From an uncultured virus (IMG/VR IMGVR_UViG_2816332408_000001) (lineage: Duplodnaviria; Heunggongvirae; Uroviricota; Caudoviricetes): a stretch of 64,000 nucleotides of DNA. Made by a program: the position numbers and the translations under genes. Below the pieces are notes generated by a model. The model ran no database searches. It worked only from the letters and a program-made list of their open reading frames with translations, and had not been told where the DNA came from. Each line of letters starts with the position of its first letter. Position 1 is the stretch's first letter. Positions 1-9,640 of the stretch are shown here, piece by piece. The DNA lies in IMG/VR virus record IMGVR_UViG_2816332408_000001, positions 1 to 64,000 of that record, one strand, 5' to 3'.

Positions 1-748
1 CGGGCGCCGGTGCTGCCGGGGCAGCGGGTGCGGCAGGCGCAGCGGGGGCAGCCGGAGCGGCGACCGGCGCGGGATACAGCTCGATGAGCTTCACGGTCTC
101 ATGGACCTTGTCGCCCTTCCAGTGATACGCCGGGTTCGTCGGGTGCAGTGCCCAGCCATCCGCTTCTGCGGCTGCCTTCGGGTCGTGCGCGACGGGCGCT
201 GCGGGAGCAGCGGGTGCCGCCGGTGCAGCAGGCGCCGCGGGAGCGAAGCCTGCGGGTGCAGCCGCAGGAGCGGCAGCGGCAGTTCCGAAGCCAGCGGGAA
301 CACCACCAGCCGCCGGAGCAGCGGCAGCGCCGGCGCCCACGGTTTCGACCGCCTCGTTGATGTTCTTATACGAGATGATCTCGTTCTGGTCTTCGTAGTT
401 GTCGTCGCCCTTGCGGATCTTGACCTTGATCTTCAGCGGGATGCCGTGGAGCTGCTCGCTGTTCGCGATGTGCAGCACGCCGACCGCGTGACCGATGGCG
501 GAGAGTTGCTTGAGCGCAATCTCCTGGGCGGTCGCATTCGCGTTCTTGATGTTCAAGCGCGCGAACAGCTTGCGATTGGCGTATTGCCCGTCGATCACCG
601 CAAAGCGGACCTGCAGATAGCTGCCGGCGCCGTCCTTCGTGGGCTTGATCTCGGACTCGTCCATCTTGGCGTTATACCAGCCGGCCGGGATCACATCGAA
701 CCCGGTATCCGGTTCCACCTGAGTGGCATCGAAGTTCAGTTGTGCCAT
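1..748 (-). CDS. Partial duplicate copy of DUF669 ssDNA-binding protein (complete at 62849-63805)
   Basis: Lies in the terminal overlap. Confidence 0.85.
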   Translation of the reverse strand, partial: MAQLNFDATQVEPDTGFDVIPAGWYNAKMDESEIKPTKDGAGSYLQVRFAVIDGQYANRKLFARLNIKNANATAQEIALKQLSAIGHAVGVLHIANSEQLHGIPLKIKVKIRKGDDNYEDQNEIISYKNINEAVETVGAGAAAAPAAGGVPAGFGTAAAAPAAAPAGFAPAAPAAPAAPAAPAAPVAHDPKAAAEADGWALHPTNPAYHWKGDKVHETVKLIELYPAPVAAPAAPAAPAAPAAPAAPAP

Positions 749-943
749 GGTATGCTTATTCCTTTCATCGGCGGCGGATCAAGCCGCCATTATTTTTGCA
801 AAAATCGCGCTGAGGATTGGAGGTTCGATCGAAGCCAGCGCGCCACTCCGATCTTTCGCTACATACTGCAGATCAGGCTGAGTCTGTAGGAAACGATATG
901 ACTCCCCTTGGGGCGTCTTGTTGATGCCGAGGCGGAACACCTC
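5..943. repeat. Direct repeat of 63062-64000 (offset 63,057 bp); circular/concatemer overlap defining genome length
   Basis: Identical sequence and identical ORFs (91..306 = 63148..63363; 101..889 = 63158..63946); only bases 1-4 differ. Confidence 0.97.
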
Positions 944-1504
944 GTCGAAGAAGTAAGGCAGCTTGTGCCCCAGCTTGGCGCCAGGCATGGACGGCGCATA
1001 CTTGACCACACCGCTCATCTCGTCCTTCATCGGTTCCATCTTGGCGGTGATGAGGACGTGCTTGTTCGGTATGTCACGGAAGCTGCGGATGGTCGTTTCC
1101 ATCTTCTCGATGAGCTCACCATACGCCTGGCGCGGGTCTTTCACCTGCCGCTTGGCGTTGTTGAGGATAACCTCAGCGATTTCTGACGCGCTGTCCATCC
1201 CGATGGTGTGGAAGCCCTTCGCCTCGTTGGACTCCGTCACCCAGCGGTGCGCTTCCGCGAGGTCTTCCACCGTCTTGATCTCGATGATGGGCATGTTATA
1301 GGTGATATGCGGATTCCCGACGCCATACAGACGTTCGAGGTTCGCCTTGCGCAGCGACAGCGCACCGGACTCGTTGCTGATCATCAGCGGAACGGGTGCG
1401 GTCGCCAGCAGCATGGTCTTTCCCACACCGGCCTCACCGTATGTGAGGACCTTGACGCCTCCTGCGCTTGTCGCCTGTTCGGCGGTCGTGAACACCATTG
1501 CCAT
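779..1504 (-). CDS. Sak4-like AAA_24 ATPase / recombinase
   Basis: Walker A YGEAGVGKT, MDSASE Walker B, C-terminal AKDRSG; adjacent to SSB; GGAGG upstream of ATG 1504. Confidence 0.85.
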   Translation of the reverse strand: MAMVFTTAEQATSAGGVKVLTYGEAGVGKTMLLATAPVPLMISNESGALSLRKANLERLYGVGNPHITYNMPIIEIKTVEDLAEAHRWVTESNEAKGFHTIGMDSASEIAEVILNNAKRQVKDPRQAYGELIEKMETTIRSFRDIPNKHVLITAKMEPMKDEMSGVVKYAPSMPGAKLGHKLPYFFDEVFRLGINKTPQGESYRFLQTQPDLQYVAKDRSGALASIEPPILSAIFAKIMAA

Positions 1505-2439
1505 TACATATCCTCCGCGTTGCGGAACGACTGCCACGTCGGGAACCTGGGCTTGTCCTTGATCCCCTTGGGGAAGAACTTCGCCTTATGGATTAGCGAC
1601 TTGAACTCGTCCTGATTGATGAAGTAGTGCTTCCTCTGTTCGTGCGTCAAACACCCCGCACCGACACGAACTTCTGCACCCTTGGGGAACAGGAGGGTAT
1701 CGCCGTCCATGACGTCGGCCAGCACGGTGCCCAGCATAGCGCCAACCATGCCATTTGCAACCTTATTCTCCTGATGAGAACTGCGGAAGGTGTTGCCGAG
1801 TTCGTTCGTCTGAGCTTCGTTCTGGTTCTCTTCACCCTCGATGATGGTGTGGACCCGGAACTCGAAGTCAACGAACCGCTTGATGCGCCACTTGTAGAGC
1901 TTCTTCCCCGCGCGCCCGTCCTTGTGAGGCATGTCCGGACCACACAGAACAGTCCCTTCATAACCCGCGATCAGGTTCTCGTCGTCGAACGCTTCCAGCT
2001 CCTCGAGTGAGTGCAGCACGCGCGAGGGCATGATACGCAGATGCGGGAACAGGTGTGGGGCTTCCCCTGCAATCTGGCGCACGCGCTCCTGGAGCTGGAG
2101 CATACGATGCTCATACCCCGCGTTCTTGTTTTCGACCGTAACGTAATCGAACAGCCACCAAAGCACATATGGTTCGCCTAGGATGGTTCCTGTGACGCTC
2201 GACGTAATGCGGCAGAGGTCGGGGTGCGTCTCCCGCTCAGCAGCCAGCTCACCGTCGAACCCGACGAGCGCACTGTGGCTGAGTTGTGTGGTCAGGTAGC
2301 GGTTCTTGAAGGGCTTCAGGGACCGCCCGGTAAGGCGTCCCGTCATGTTGAGCGCACGCACCCCGTCGACCTTGGGTTGCCCGATCATGGGGAACACCAG
2401 CTTGTCAGCCTGCCAGTCGTCGAGTAGATGCGGTTTCAT
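1504..2439 (-). CDS. lig: ATP-dependent DNA ligase
   Basis: KxDGxR (PKVDGVR), FDGE, GYEG, RIK and C-terminal PRFP motifs. Confidence 0.92.
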   Translation of the reverse strand: MKPHLLDDWQADKLVFPMIGQPKVDGVRALNMTGRLTGRSLKPFKNRYLTTQLSHSALVGFDGELAAERETHPDLCRITSSVTGTILGEPYVLWWLFDYVTVENKNAGYEHRMLQLQERVRQIAGEAPHLFPHLRIMPSRVLHSLEELEAFDDENLIAGYEGTVLCGPDMPHKDGRAGKKLYKWRIKRFVDFEFRVHTIIEGEENQNEAQTNELGNTFRSSHQENKVANGMVGAMLGTVLADVMDGDTLLFPKGAEVRVGAGCLTHEQRKHYFINQDEFKSLIHKAKFFPKGIKDKPRFPTWQSFRNAEDM

Positions 2440-2738
2440 TTGACATCCGTCCCTTGTTCTTTAAGCACCCTAGCGAGGTCTTTCAGACTAAGCAAGCCCC
2501 CGCGTGCAATACGCTTGGCCGCGTCATAAGTCTCCTGGATGGCTTCGTGTGTTACCTGATCCTTGAATTCGTCAGGTGTGAGGTTCTTGTCGATGCCTAG
2601 CTTGGGCTCCTCGAACAGCGTGTCATTGTTCACACCGTCCTCGAAGTCACCTAACACCGTCGGGGGCGCATCCGCTGTCAGGATCGCAACGCGGTAGCCC
2701 CGGAAGTGGATTTCGTCCCCGACGATGTAGGTGCTCAT
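2436..2738 (-). CDS. Hypothetical protein
   Basis: Start/stop overlaps with both neighbours. Confidence 0.7.
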   Translation of the reverse strand: MSTYIVGDEIHFRGYRVAILTADAPPTVLGDFEDGVNNDTLFEEPKLGIDKNLTPDEFKDQVTHEAIQETYDAAKRIARGGLLSLKDLARVLKEQGTDVK

Positions 2739-3430
2739 CAGGCTTGTTCCGCCTCGTTCTTGTCCGCTGCGAACGCCAGCGTCGTGACGCCGAAGAACGC
2801 TGCTGACGTGTCAGGGAAGTGCTGCACCAGTAGCTTGGCGCATTGTTCAGCGACGGAGCGGTGCTCAGCCTGCACGCCGATCTCGGTGCGCTCCTTGATG
2901 TAGTGCAGCCACGTGCGAACGCTGAAGTGGAGGTAGAGGGTGCTGGGCACCAGCCCCTCGGGAAGGATGGTCCGTGCAACCTCCTTAGCGACACCGCGCG
3001 ACAGCCACATCTTGTAGTCTGCTTCGTCCGCGGCAGCTTTCACCTTGATGTATTCGTCCCACAGGCGCGCCACCTCGTGCTCCTCGTCCGTCTCCGGAAG
3101 GCGCGACAGCTGGCGATTCGTGGGATGCTGGAAGCGACATTCGCGCGTATCCAGAAGCGTCGCATATTCCGCATAGCGTCCGGAGAACTCCTGGAAGCCA
3201 ATTGCGGACAGGTGGCGCAGGATCTGCCGACCGACGTCGCGGGTTGTGGTCACTTCCAGGCACATGCTTGCCATTTGGAAAGGTGACCAGTGATTGTGAT
3301 CGATTAGGTAGCGGATCAGCCGGGTGGCAGACGCATCCCTATTGCCCGGGTTACTCACCCGGGCAATGTCGGCGATCAGCTTGTCCCCATCGAGCGTCGC
3401 ATGGGTGAAGGCGACCGAATGGTTCTTCAT
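2738..3430 (-). CDS. thyX: Flavin-dependent thymidylate synthase
   Basis: HWSPF, RQILRH...FQEFSGRY, AKEVAR-LP, Q-EHR motifs. Confidence 0.93.
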   Translation of the reverse strand: MKNHSVAFTHATLDGDKLIADIARVSNPGNRDASATRLIRYLIDHNHWSPFQMASMCLEVTTTRDVGRQILRHLSAIGFQEFSGRYAEYATLLDTRECRFQHPTNRQLSRLPETDEEHEVARLWDEYIKVKAAADEADYKMWLSRGVAKEVARTILPEGLVPSTLYLHFSVRTWLHYIKERTEIGVQAEHRSVAEQCAKLLVQHFPDTSAAFFGVTTLAFAADKNEAEQA

Positions 3431-3999
3431 GCTTCGTCCACCTTGGGAGCGGCCGGCGGCGCCTGGGGCGGGACCGGGGGAGCCAGGGAGATGGTCGTCG
3501 CTTCGAACAGGGCACGCGCTGCACTGCCCTCGGGCAGCGAATCGCGGAAGCTATTGACGAGCGACTCGCGCTGTTTGACGCGCTCGACCTCCTGGATGGT
3601 CTCGCCGAACTTGCGCTCGTTCTCGACCAGCTCGTTGTGGTATTCGAAGTCGATGCGCTGGACCGCCCACTGATAGGTGAAGTCCGCGTCCACGTCGATC
3701 ACGGGGAATTCGTCCACCTTGACCACATTGGCGAACGCGAGCATATCCCGCGCAGGCACGACCAGCATGTCGCCTTCCTTGATGCCCCAGGCCTTCGGAA
3801 CCTTATAGGTATAGGTCCGCAGCTGACCCTCGGGCGGGGACCAGCGGGCACCGCGCAGCGCGTCCGGATCCAGGTCGCCCTGTTCGAACCGCTTCACGTG
3901 GCGGGGTTTCTCCGGGACGATTGCCTTGTCGCCCTGGATGTTGACGTGGACCGTCGTGAACGTCTGGTCCAGCAGCGAGAACATATGACGCTGTTTCAT
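3427..3999 (-). CDS. Hypothetical protein
   Basis: GGAGG RBS, ATGA coupling to thyX. Confidence 0.75.
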   Translation of the reverse strand: MKQRHMFSLLDQTFTTVHVNIQGDKAIVPEKPRHVKRFEQGDLDPDALRGARWSPPEGQLRTYTYKVPKAWGIKEGDMLVVPARDMLAFANVVKVDEFPVIDVDADFTYQWAVQRIDFEYHNELVENERKFGETIQEVERVKQRESLVNSFRDSLPEGSAARALFEATTISLAPPVPPQAPPAAPKVDEA

Positions 4000-4475
4000 T
4001 TGTATGCCTCCATATCTCCGCGAAGCCTGCGGCGGGCCAACCTCATTCCTTCCTTAGCGCGTTTATCACAGAGGTTGTTTGTGACGTAACGTGCTTCCGT
4101 CTTGTTCGTATGACCTTTTACATGGCGGAACGACACCGTGCAAGCATATTCGCGCGTCAACTCATAGAAACGCTTTTTGCCTGCCCGCTCATCCCTTGTC
4201 AGGCCAACCTTGATATTGCTGCTCAGCACGTCAATGGCGCGCTGGCAGTCGGTCTGGAGCAACACATGGTCGCCCGCGTCAAGCACTCCTCTCATCTTGC
4301 CAAAGAACAGACCGTTCACCAGTGCTAGGAGTTCGGCTGCGCTGCTAGTGTCCACGGGGTGCTGGAACGATCCACCGCCCCCGTGGCGCGCCCGCTCCGA
4401 CACGGCCCAGAACCCATAGCCAGCGGCCTTGGTCTCAGTGCAGTGCGAAGCGTCCGCAATTATGGTGACGCGCAT
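3996..4475 (-). CDS. Ribonuclease HI-like protein
   Basis: ADAS, AELLA, QTDC, RHVKGH, NNLCD catalytic motifs. Confidence 0.9.
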   Translation of the reverse strand: MRVTIIADASHCTETKAAGYGFWAVSERARHGGGGSFQHPVDTSSAAELLALVNGLFFGKMRGVLDAGDHVLLQTDCQRAIDVLSSNIKVGLTRDERAGKKRFYELTREYACTVSFRHVKGHTNKTEARYVTNNLCDKRAKEGMRLARRRLRGDMEAYK

Positions 4476-4933
4476 TAGCTCCCGCGCTTGGGGATCTTGA
4501 TGTCCACCTGCGGCGAACCGGGCTTGACGACCAGCACACGCTCGAAGACCTCGCGCTGGGCTTCCGTGAGCTTGCGGTAGGCTGCCACCTTCAACTCTGG
4601 CTTCCATACGATCAGGTCGTCGAAGGGAATCTCCAGTCCGTGGAGGTTGTCCTTCTCGTTACCCTTGGCAGCTTCGAGCGCCGCCTTGAGTGCTTCCAGC
4701 TCACCCTCATCCACCTTGCGGTCGATGCTGTGGACAGCCTTCAGCTCTGCACCCGTGCCGTCCTTGAGCGGATGGGTGTTCGTGCCCTCTTCCGGGGTAG
4801 GGAAGAAGAACTTGAAGATGCGCGTGCGCAACAGGATCTCAGCGGTCTTGACCTCTGCCAGTTGCTTCTTGAGCAGGAACCACTTCGCCAACTCGGCGGG
4901 GGTTACTGCCTGGGCTTCCTCTAACTCTGCCAT
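4475..4933 (-). CDS. Conserved phage hypothetical protein
   Basis: AGGAG RBS, own promoter, coupled to RNase H gene. Confidence 0.75.
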   Translation of the reverse strand: MAELEEAQAVTPAELAKWFLLKKQLAEVKTAEILLRTRIFKFFFPTPEEGTNTHPLKDGTGAELKAVHSIDRKVDEGELEALKAALEAAKGNEKDNLHGLEIPFDDLIVWKPELKVAAYRKLTEAQREVFERVLVVKPGSPQVDIKIPKRGS

Positions 4934-4961
4934 TGCATTGCTCCTTTGCTGTGACCCGACC

Positions 4962-4990
4962 TATATGGGGCATAGGTCGGGCCGACGCAA
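4962..4990 (-). promoter_or_regulatory. Sigma70-type promoter overlapped by an inverted repeat
   Basis: TTGCGT-N17-CATATA; CCGACCTAT-N7-ATAGGTCGG at 4956-4980. Confidence 0.55.
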
Positions 4991-4999
4991 GCGAATTGT

Positions 5000-5785
5000 T
5001 TAGTCTTGCAGGTCTTCGCCGTTGAGGTCGCGCATGAGGTTCTCCACCGTGCCATGGCGGGGCAGATCCCCGTCGCGCACTTCCTGGATTGCAGCCTGCG
5101 TCTCCGCGTTGGGAACATGCGCTTCGGTGACGCCCGGCGTGTGGGCGCGCGTGTCCTCTTCGCCCTTGAAGGGTTTGCGCGCCGGAATGACACCCTCTTC
5201 GGGCTGCGCCTTGTCAGCGCGGTCCTGCGCTGCCTGATCGCTGTAGCTGAGCGCCGCGTAACGCTTGGACAGCTTCAAGATGTTGCTGTTGAGGCACTCC
5301 TGGCGTTGCAGGCCGAACATATAGCAGAGCGTGAGCATGGACGCTGCCAGCGCACTGATCTGGTTCGTCAGCAGCTCCAGGTCCAGCTCCTTGTTGTAGA
5401 TCGCCGCCTTCTTGACGGTGTCGAGGACCTGCGAAGCGTGGATTGCGATCGCAGCGCCGACGGGCAGGATCTGGTCCGGACTGATGGTGGCATTGCGCGC
5501 GATTTCGTCCGCCGCGTCCCATTTGATATGCACGCCGCTGCGCTGCACGATCTGCTCGACGTAGAAGAACAGGTCGCCCAGCTCCTCACGCAGATTGACG
5601 CGGTCGATACCGCCTTCAGGCGGGAACATAAGGGCTTCGAGCAGCTCACCCGCTTCGCCGGACACACCCGTGGCGCCGTGCCACAGATCGACGGTGAAGA
5701 CGGAAAGGGTGTCGATGATAGCCTGCGGAGGCTTCACCAGTGCGGCGACAAGCTGCGGATGCGTGATCGATACTGTGGTCATCAT
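5000..5785 (-). CDS. MazG-like NTP pyrophosphohydrolase (internally duplicated) with DinJ/RelB-like C-terminal tail
   Basis: GEAGELLE...REELGDLFFY, degenerate second repeat VLDTVKK, NILKLSKRY; tail PNAETQAAIQE. Confidence 0.85.
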   Translation of the reverse strand: MMTTVSITHPQLVAALVKPPQAIIDTLSVFTVDLWHGATGVSGEAGELLEALMFPPEGGIDRVNLREELGDLFFYVEQIVQRSGVHIKWDAADEIARNATISPDQILPVGAAIAIHASQVLDTVKKAAIYNKELDLELLTNQISALAASMLTLCYMFGLQRQECLNSNILKLSKRYAALSYSDQAAQDRADKAQPEEGVIPARKPFKGEEDTRAHTPGVTEAHVPNAETQAAIQEVRDGDLPRHGTVENLMRDLNGEDLQD

Positions 5786-5843
5786 GTTAACTCCGTTGAA
5801 CGAGGTGCAAAGCATAGCGCGCACCCTAGCGCCATCGCAACAG

Positions 5844-8366
5844 TTAGTTGTCGCTTCCAAGTTCAGAGTAATCGGGCAGCTTCAGGATTCGGAACGCGCG
5901 TCCGTGGTGGCTGAACATCTCCACCAGCTTATCACCCTTGACTTCCATTATGAAGCCGTTGGCGATCATCTGGTGCAGCGATTCGTCCAGCGCCTTGCTA
6001 GTGCCGAACTTGTGCTTGTAGAAGCTGGACACGCGCGATACACGGGTCTGGAGGTAGTTCCGTGGAACGATACCACCTTCTCGCATTGCGTCCGGTATCT
6101 TGTAAGATGCTGCGACAGGCTTGGTCTGGTATTGCTTGATAATCTCTACCAGCTTGCGCTCGCGGCTGCTATCGTTAAGCCCGACGTCACCACCCTCCAG
6201 ACGCTTCTGCATGATAGCGATATCGGATAGCACAAGGTTGACCGCCCATTGCGCATGTTCCAGCTTTATGATAGGATTAGTGAAGTTGTCGCCAACTGCC
6301 AGCACACCCGCAACGCGAAGCGCCTTCAGCGTTGCACGGTTCCACATCTGGCGCCGTGATTCGTCTGTGGTGCTGCGGATGTTGTTCGCTGAGCGCGTGC
6401 TGAACTCAGCTAGGAAGCGCGCTGCCTCCTCCGTGCGCTGCACCGCTTGGGACTCGCCCTTCGCAATGTTGACATCCGCTTGCCCTGCAATGGCGCACAG
6501 ATACATCGTAAGCGCGTCGTCGGGGAACTCGATTATGTTAGCGTTCTCCGCAGGGCGGTCCCCTTCATACTGGATGACAAGGAAGCGCGACAGGAAACCA
6601 TCTTCCATCATGGATTCGGTCAAGCTGTCATAGAATGTCTGCGGGGTGCTTTCGCCCACCAGCGAATAGGCGACAGCTTGCAGTGCCTCGATGTTGTTCT
6701 CCGTTGAGCTGTATCCAATACCGCCTACAATGGACTTCGGGCTTGATTTCTGATACAGGTTCGTCATCTGTGTTCGCAGCGTTGTCATCGGGCCTTCACG
6801 GTCGTCCTCGTTGGCGATGCGCTTCATGCGGCGCCCCCATTCACCGGACACGTTAACGAACGATGTGTTCTGCGAGCACGCTTTGATAAGTGCTGGTCCA
6901 GACGCATACTCTGTGAAGTCAACGAAGTTCCCAAAGATGGGTGACTTCTGCAAACACGCATTGACCACACTGGAAATCCCGTCGTGCAGTGCTTCCTTGC
7001 CAATGGCGGAGCGCGCAACAAGAACGATATACAGGTTCAGCCCGCTCTTGGGGATGTGCCATGCCTTCCCAACGATGCCTGCCATAAGACCAAGCGCCGC
7101 AGTGATAGACACTTCCTTAATAGGTAGGAACGAACTGTTGAAGATGTATTGCGCTAGGCTGCCGACGAACCCCGGCGGCCATGTTATGCCCTGCTCAGCA
7201 GCACGCACCGCAGCAGGCGTCACTGGCGCCAACTGCGCAAGCTGGGCCTCAGCCGGTGCAGGGGTAGCGACAGGCTCGCCTGTGCCGGGCACCTGTAGGG
7301 GGCTCACCGTGCGCGGGGGTGCAGTGCCGAACGCGCTGTCAACCGCTGGTGCCGCTGGCACACCCCCTTGCATGGCCGCTATTTCCTCGCGAGCCAAGCG
7401 TTGCTGTTCCAGAAGGTTGTCTGCAGCTTGGAGGATAGCGGACATCTCCACGCTTTGCTCCCGCTCCTGGCGGTCACGGATGGTCTTTAGCGTGAAGTTG
7501 AGGTATTTGTCATCCTTGACGGACTTCTCACGCTTGCCCAATCCCGACTCACGGAACAAGCGCCTGCACTGCGCATTGCAATCGGAGTAGAAGGTGAACA
7601 TGGACATAAGCGCCAAGTCAGCTTCGGACTGTGAGGGGAACGCGAACTCGTCCTCCCGCCACAACCCCTTGAACAGCTTATTGAACTTGTCCGCGTTGGA
7701 CGCACTGGTCGCGACCTGCATCAGATACCAGTCGTCGAACTGCTCAGGCAGCTCCACCAGCTCCACAACCTTCTGCATGGGGCGCATCCGCGTCACCATG
7801 TTCAACAGGATGTGTTCCCGGTTCTCAATGCCGTTCGTGATCCAGACATCGCCCGTGCAGATGATAAAGCGTTCCTGCGAATACACCTCCACACCGTCGC
7901 GCCGGTAGCCCTTGCCGATCTTACCGCGGATCCAAATGTGGATGCCTTTACCGGATTTGGAACGCTCTGTGTAGCTGTTCATCTCCCGCATGATAGCTTG
8001 GTAGACGTCGAACTGCGCAACAGTGGTCCACTTGTCGGGCTCGTGCGGATGGGTGAGCGCGTCCTTAACGTCCAGATCGATACAGCTGAACGGGTCGCCT
8101 GCGTTGAGGATATAGCCCACAGTGTAACCCGTCTGCGTGACAACGACGCCCTGCGGATTAGTCCATGTGGTCACCGTATTCGCATTCAGCTCAGCAAGCG
8201 CAACCGCGTCTTCGAAGGACATCCATTCGCTGGGCGCTGTGACGGATATGTTCCGCACCTTGCTATTGATCAGGGCCATGGGCGCTTTGCTTGCACCAGC
8301 GACAGCCCATTGTGGACGCTCGCGCAGTGCTTCAGGCAGGCGCTGCCAATTGGAGACGGGCCTCAC
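5844..8366 (-). CDS. NrS-1-like primase-polymerase with helical bundle and DUF3987-like C-terminal domain
   Basis: IDLD, YTERSKSGKGIHIW, EVYSQERF, SQSEADLAL, degenerate P-loop ARSAIGKE, DGFLSRF; GTGA overlap at start. Confidence 0.85.
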   Translation of the reverse strand: MRPVSNWQRLPEALRERPQWAVAGASKAPMALINSKVRNISVTAPSEWMSFEDAVALAELNANTVTTWTNPQGVVVTQTGYTVGYILNAGDPFSCIDLDVKDALTHPHEPDKWTTVAQFDVYQAIMREMNSYTERSKSGKGIHIWIRGKIGKGYRRDGVEVYSQERFIICTGDVWITNGIENREHILLNMVTRMRPMQKVVELVELPEQFDDWYLMQVATSASNADKFNKLFKGLWREDEFAFPSQSEADLALMSMFTFYSDCNAQCRRLFRESGLGKREKSVKDDKYLNFTLKTIRDRQEREQSVEMSAILQAADNLLEQQRLAREEIAAMQGGVPAAPAVDSAFGTAPPRTVSPLQVPGTGEPVATPAPAEAQLAQLAPVTPAAVRAAEQGITWPPGFVGSLAQYIFNSSFLPIKEVSITAALGLMAGIVGKAWHIPKSGLNLYIVLVARSAIGKEALHDGISSVVNACLQKSPIFGNFVDFTEYASGPALIKACSQNTSFVNVSGEWGRRMKRIANEDDREGPMTTLRTQMTNLYQKSSPKSIVGGIGYSSTENNIEALQAVAYSLVGESTPQTFYDSLTESMMEDGFLSRFLVIQYEGDRPAENANIIEFPDDALTMYLCAIAGQADVNIAKGESQAVQRTEEAARFLAEFSTRSANNIRSTTDESRRQMWNRATLKALRVAGVLAVGDNFTNPIIKLEHAQWAVNLVLSDIAIMQKRLEGGDVGLNDSSRERKLVEIIKQYQTKPVAASYKIPDAMREGGIVPRNYLQTRVSRVSSFYKHKFGTSKALDESLHQMIANGFIMEVKGDKLVEMFSHHGRAFRILKLPDYSELGSDN

Positions 8367-8596
8367 GCGCTTGCACGTTCTGCACGCGCTTTGGACCACT
8401 CCGCAAGATACGGAGCAATGGCGTCCCGCTCCCACAGCATGATCTGCGGTTCGCCGTTCGGTCGTCGGATAGTAACAGCTTCGGGCAAGCGCCCCGTGCG
8501 CAGGGCCAACAGCACGGTCGTCCGATGCACCTTTAGCAGCAGGCAGACTTCCGTAGTCGTGATGTATTTCTTATCAAATTCAATTTGCGCAGACAC
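8363..8596 (-). CDS. Small HTH (AlpA/excisionase-like) DNA-binding protein
   Basis: YITTTEVCLLLKVHRTTV...GRLP...LW pattern. Confidence 0.7.
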   Translation of the reverse strand: MSAQIEFDKKYITTTEVCLLLKVHRTTVLLALRTGRLPEAVTIRRPNGEPQIMLWERDAIAPYLAEWSKARAERASA

Positions 8597-8666
8597 GGAC
8601 AATCCCCAGGCACGATATTGCATTCGGTAAGCGACTGTAGCGCAGCGAGCGCAGTGTCAACAAGCT

Positions 8667-9365
8667 CTATTTGTTGAGGTAGTCGTCGACCAATGCTTGA
8701 GCAGCATCAGCTCGGGTGATTTGCATTGTAAGCTCGTGCTCTGCGTTGCTGACGGTTGCAGCGCGGGCCACCTTGGCAGCGCCCACAGCAGCGTCGTAGG
8801 CCAGCTTTGCGCTGCGCTCCACACCGCGGAGCCATTTGCGCCCTTCGGTGACGTAGGATGCCTGTAGTTTGGCCTCCTTGATGAGGGCAGCAAGATCGGG
8901 ATCGTCCACTGGCTCCACACGGTTCTTGGCACGGAAGCGCGCTACGCCCTCACGGTTGAGGCGCTTCTTCTTATCCTCAGGCGTCTCATTCGGATTGTCC
9001 AGGCTATGCTTGTGCAGCTTGAGCCACGGCTCAATGCGCGCCTTAGCGTTCTCCAGCGTGGATAGGAATGTGCTGGGCCGGGATGCGTCCACCATTATGA
9101 CGCTTTGCATGAGACCTGATAGGGTAGGCGCATGGTATCCGCGCGGAGCGTCCTTGGGCCACCAGCTAACCACATTCATGAAGCTCTGCAGATCACCTTC
9201 CTGCACGAACTGCTCAGGTATCTGAAAGCGTTCCTCTGGAACACCACATACGCGCTGATATTCGATGTAGTCCCTACAGACTTGAATAAAGTGTTCGAAG
9301 CGCACGTCTTCCGGGTCAGCTGTCTGGAGCCATGTCACGCTTGCAGGGATTGCGATATTATACAT
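8667..9365 (-). CDS. Hypothetical protein with basic/coiled-coil C-terminus
   Basis: 232-aa ORF with upstream promoter. Confidence 0.7.
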   Translation of the reverse strand: MYNIAIPASVTWLQTADPEDVRFEHFIQVCRDYIEYQRVCGVPEERFQIPEQFVQEGDLQSFMNVVSWWPKDAPRGYHAPTLSGLMQSVIMVDASRPSTFLSTLENAKARIEPWLKLHKHSLDNPNETPEDKKKRLNREGVARFRAKNRVEPVDDPDLAALIKEAKLQASYVTEGRKWLRGVERSAKLAYDAAVGAAKVARAATVSNAEHELTMQITRADAAQALVDDYLNK

Positions 9366-9395
9366 CGATGTTGCCTATGCGTATGTGGATGCAAT

Positions 9396-9424
9396 GCTAT
9401 GCACGGGCGTTGCGCGTAAAGCAA
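9396..9424 (-). promoter_or_regulatory. Leftward sigma70-type promoter
   Basis: TTGCTT-N17-CATAGC. Confidence 0.55.
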
Positions 9425-9438
9425 GCGGAAAGTGCAGG

Positions 9439-9640
9439 GATTACGCTTGGGCCTGTAATGGATGAATGTAATGAAGAAGAGTGTAATGTAGTGAAGATTA
9501 CAAGGAGAGCATTACAATGCAGAAACACAACCCGCTATAACCCCTTATTACCTTTACATGCGGCTGCCGCTTTTTTGCAAAAATAGTCTGTAATGTAATC
9601 CAGTATGATCTTAAAATAATGTGTTAATTTGTTAATATCC
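9439..9640. repeat. TGTAAT/ATTACA repeat cluster plus AT-rich tract; candidate replication origin
   Basis: About 10 exact or near copies (9439, 9454, 9467, 9482, 9496, 9510, 9546, 9553, 9589, 9594). Confidence 0.55.

Noticed and set aside
5..943. 939-bp end repeat as a biological terminal repeat or gene duplication
   Set aside because: It begins mid-gene in low-complexity sequence and runs to the window edge; best explained as circular assembly overlap
8363..8596. Excisionase implying lysogeny
   Set aside because: No integrase or repressor recognised anywhere in the genome
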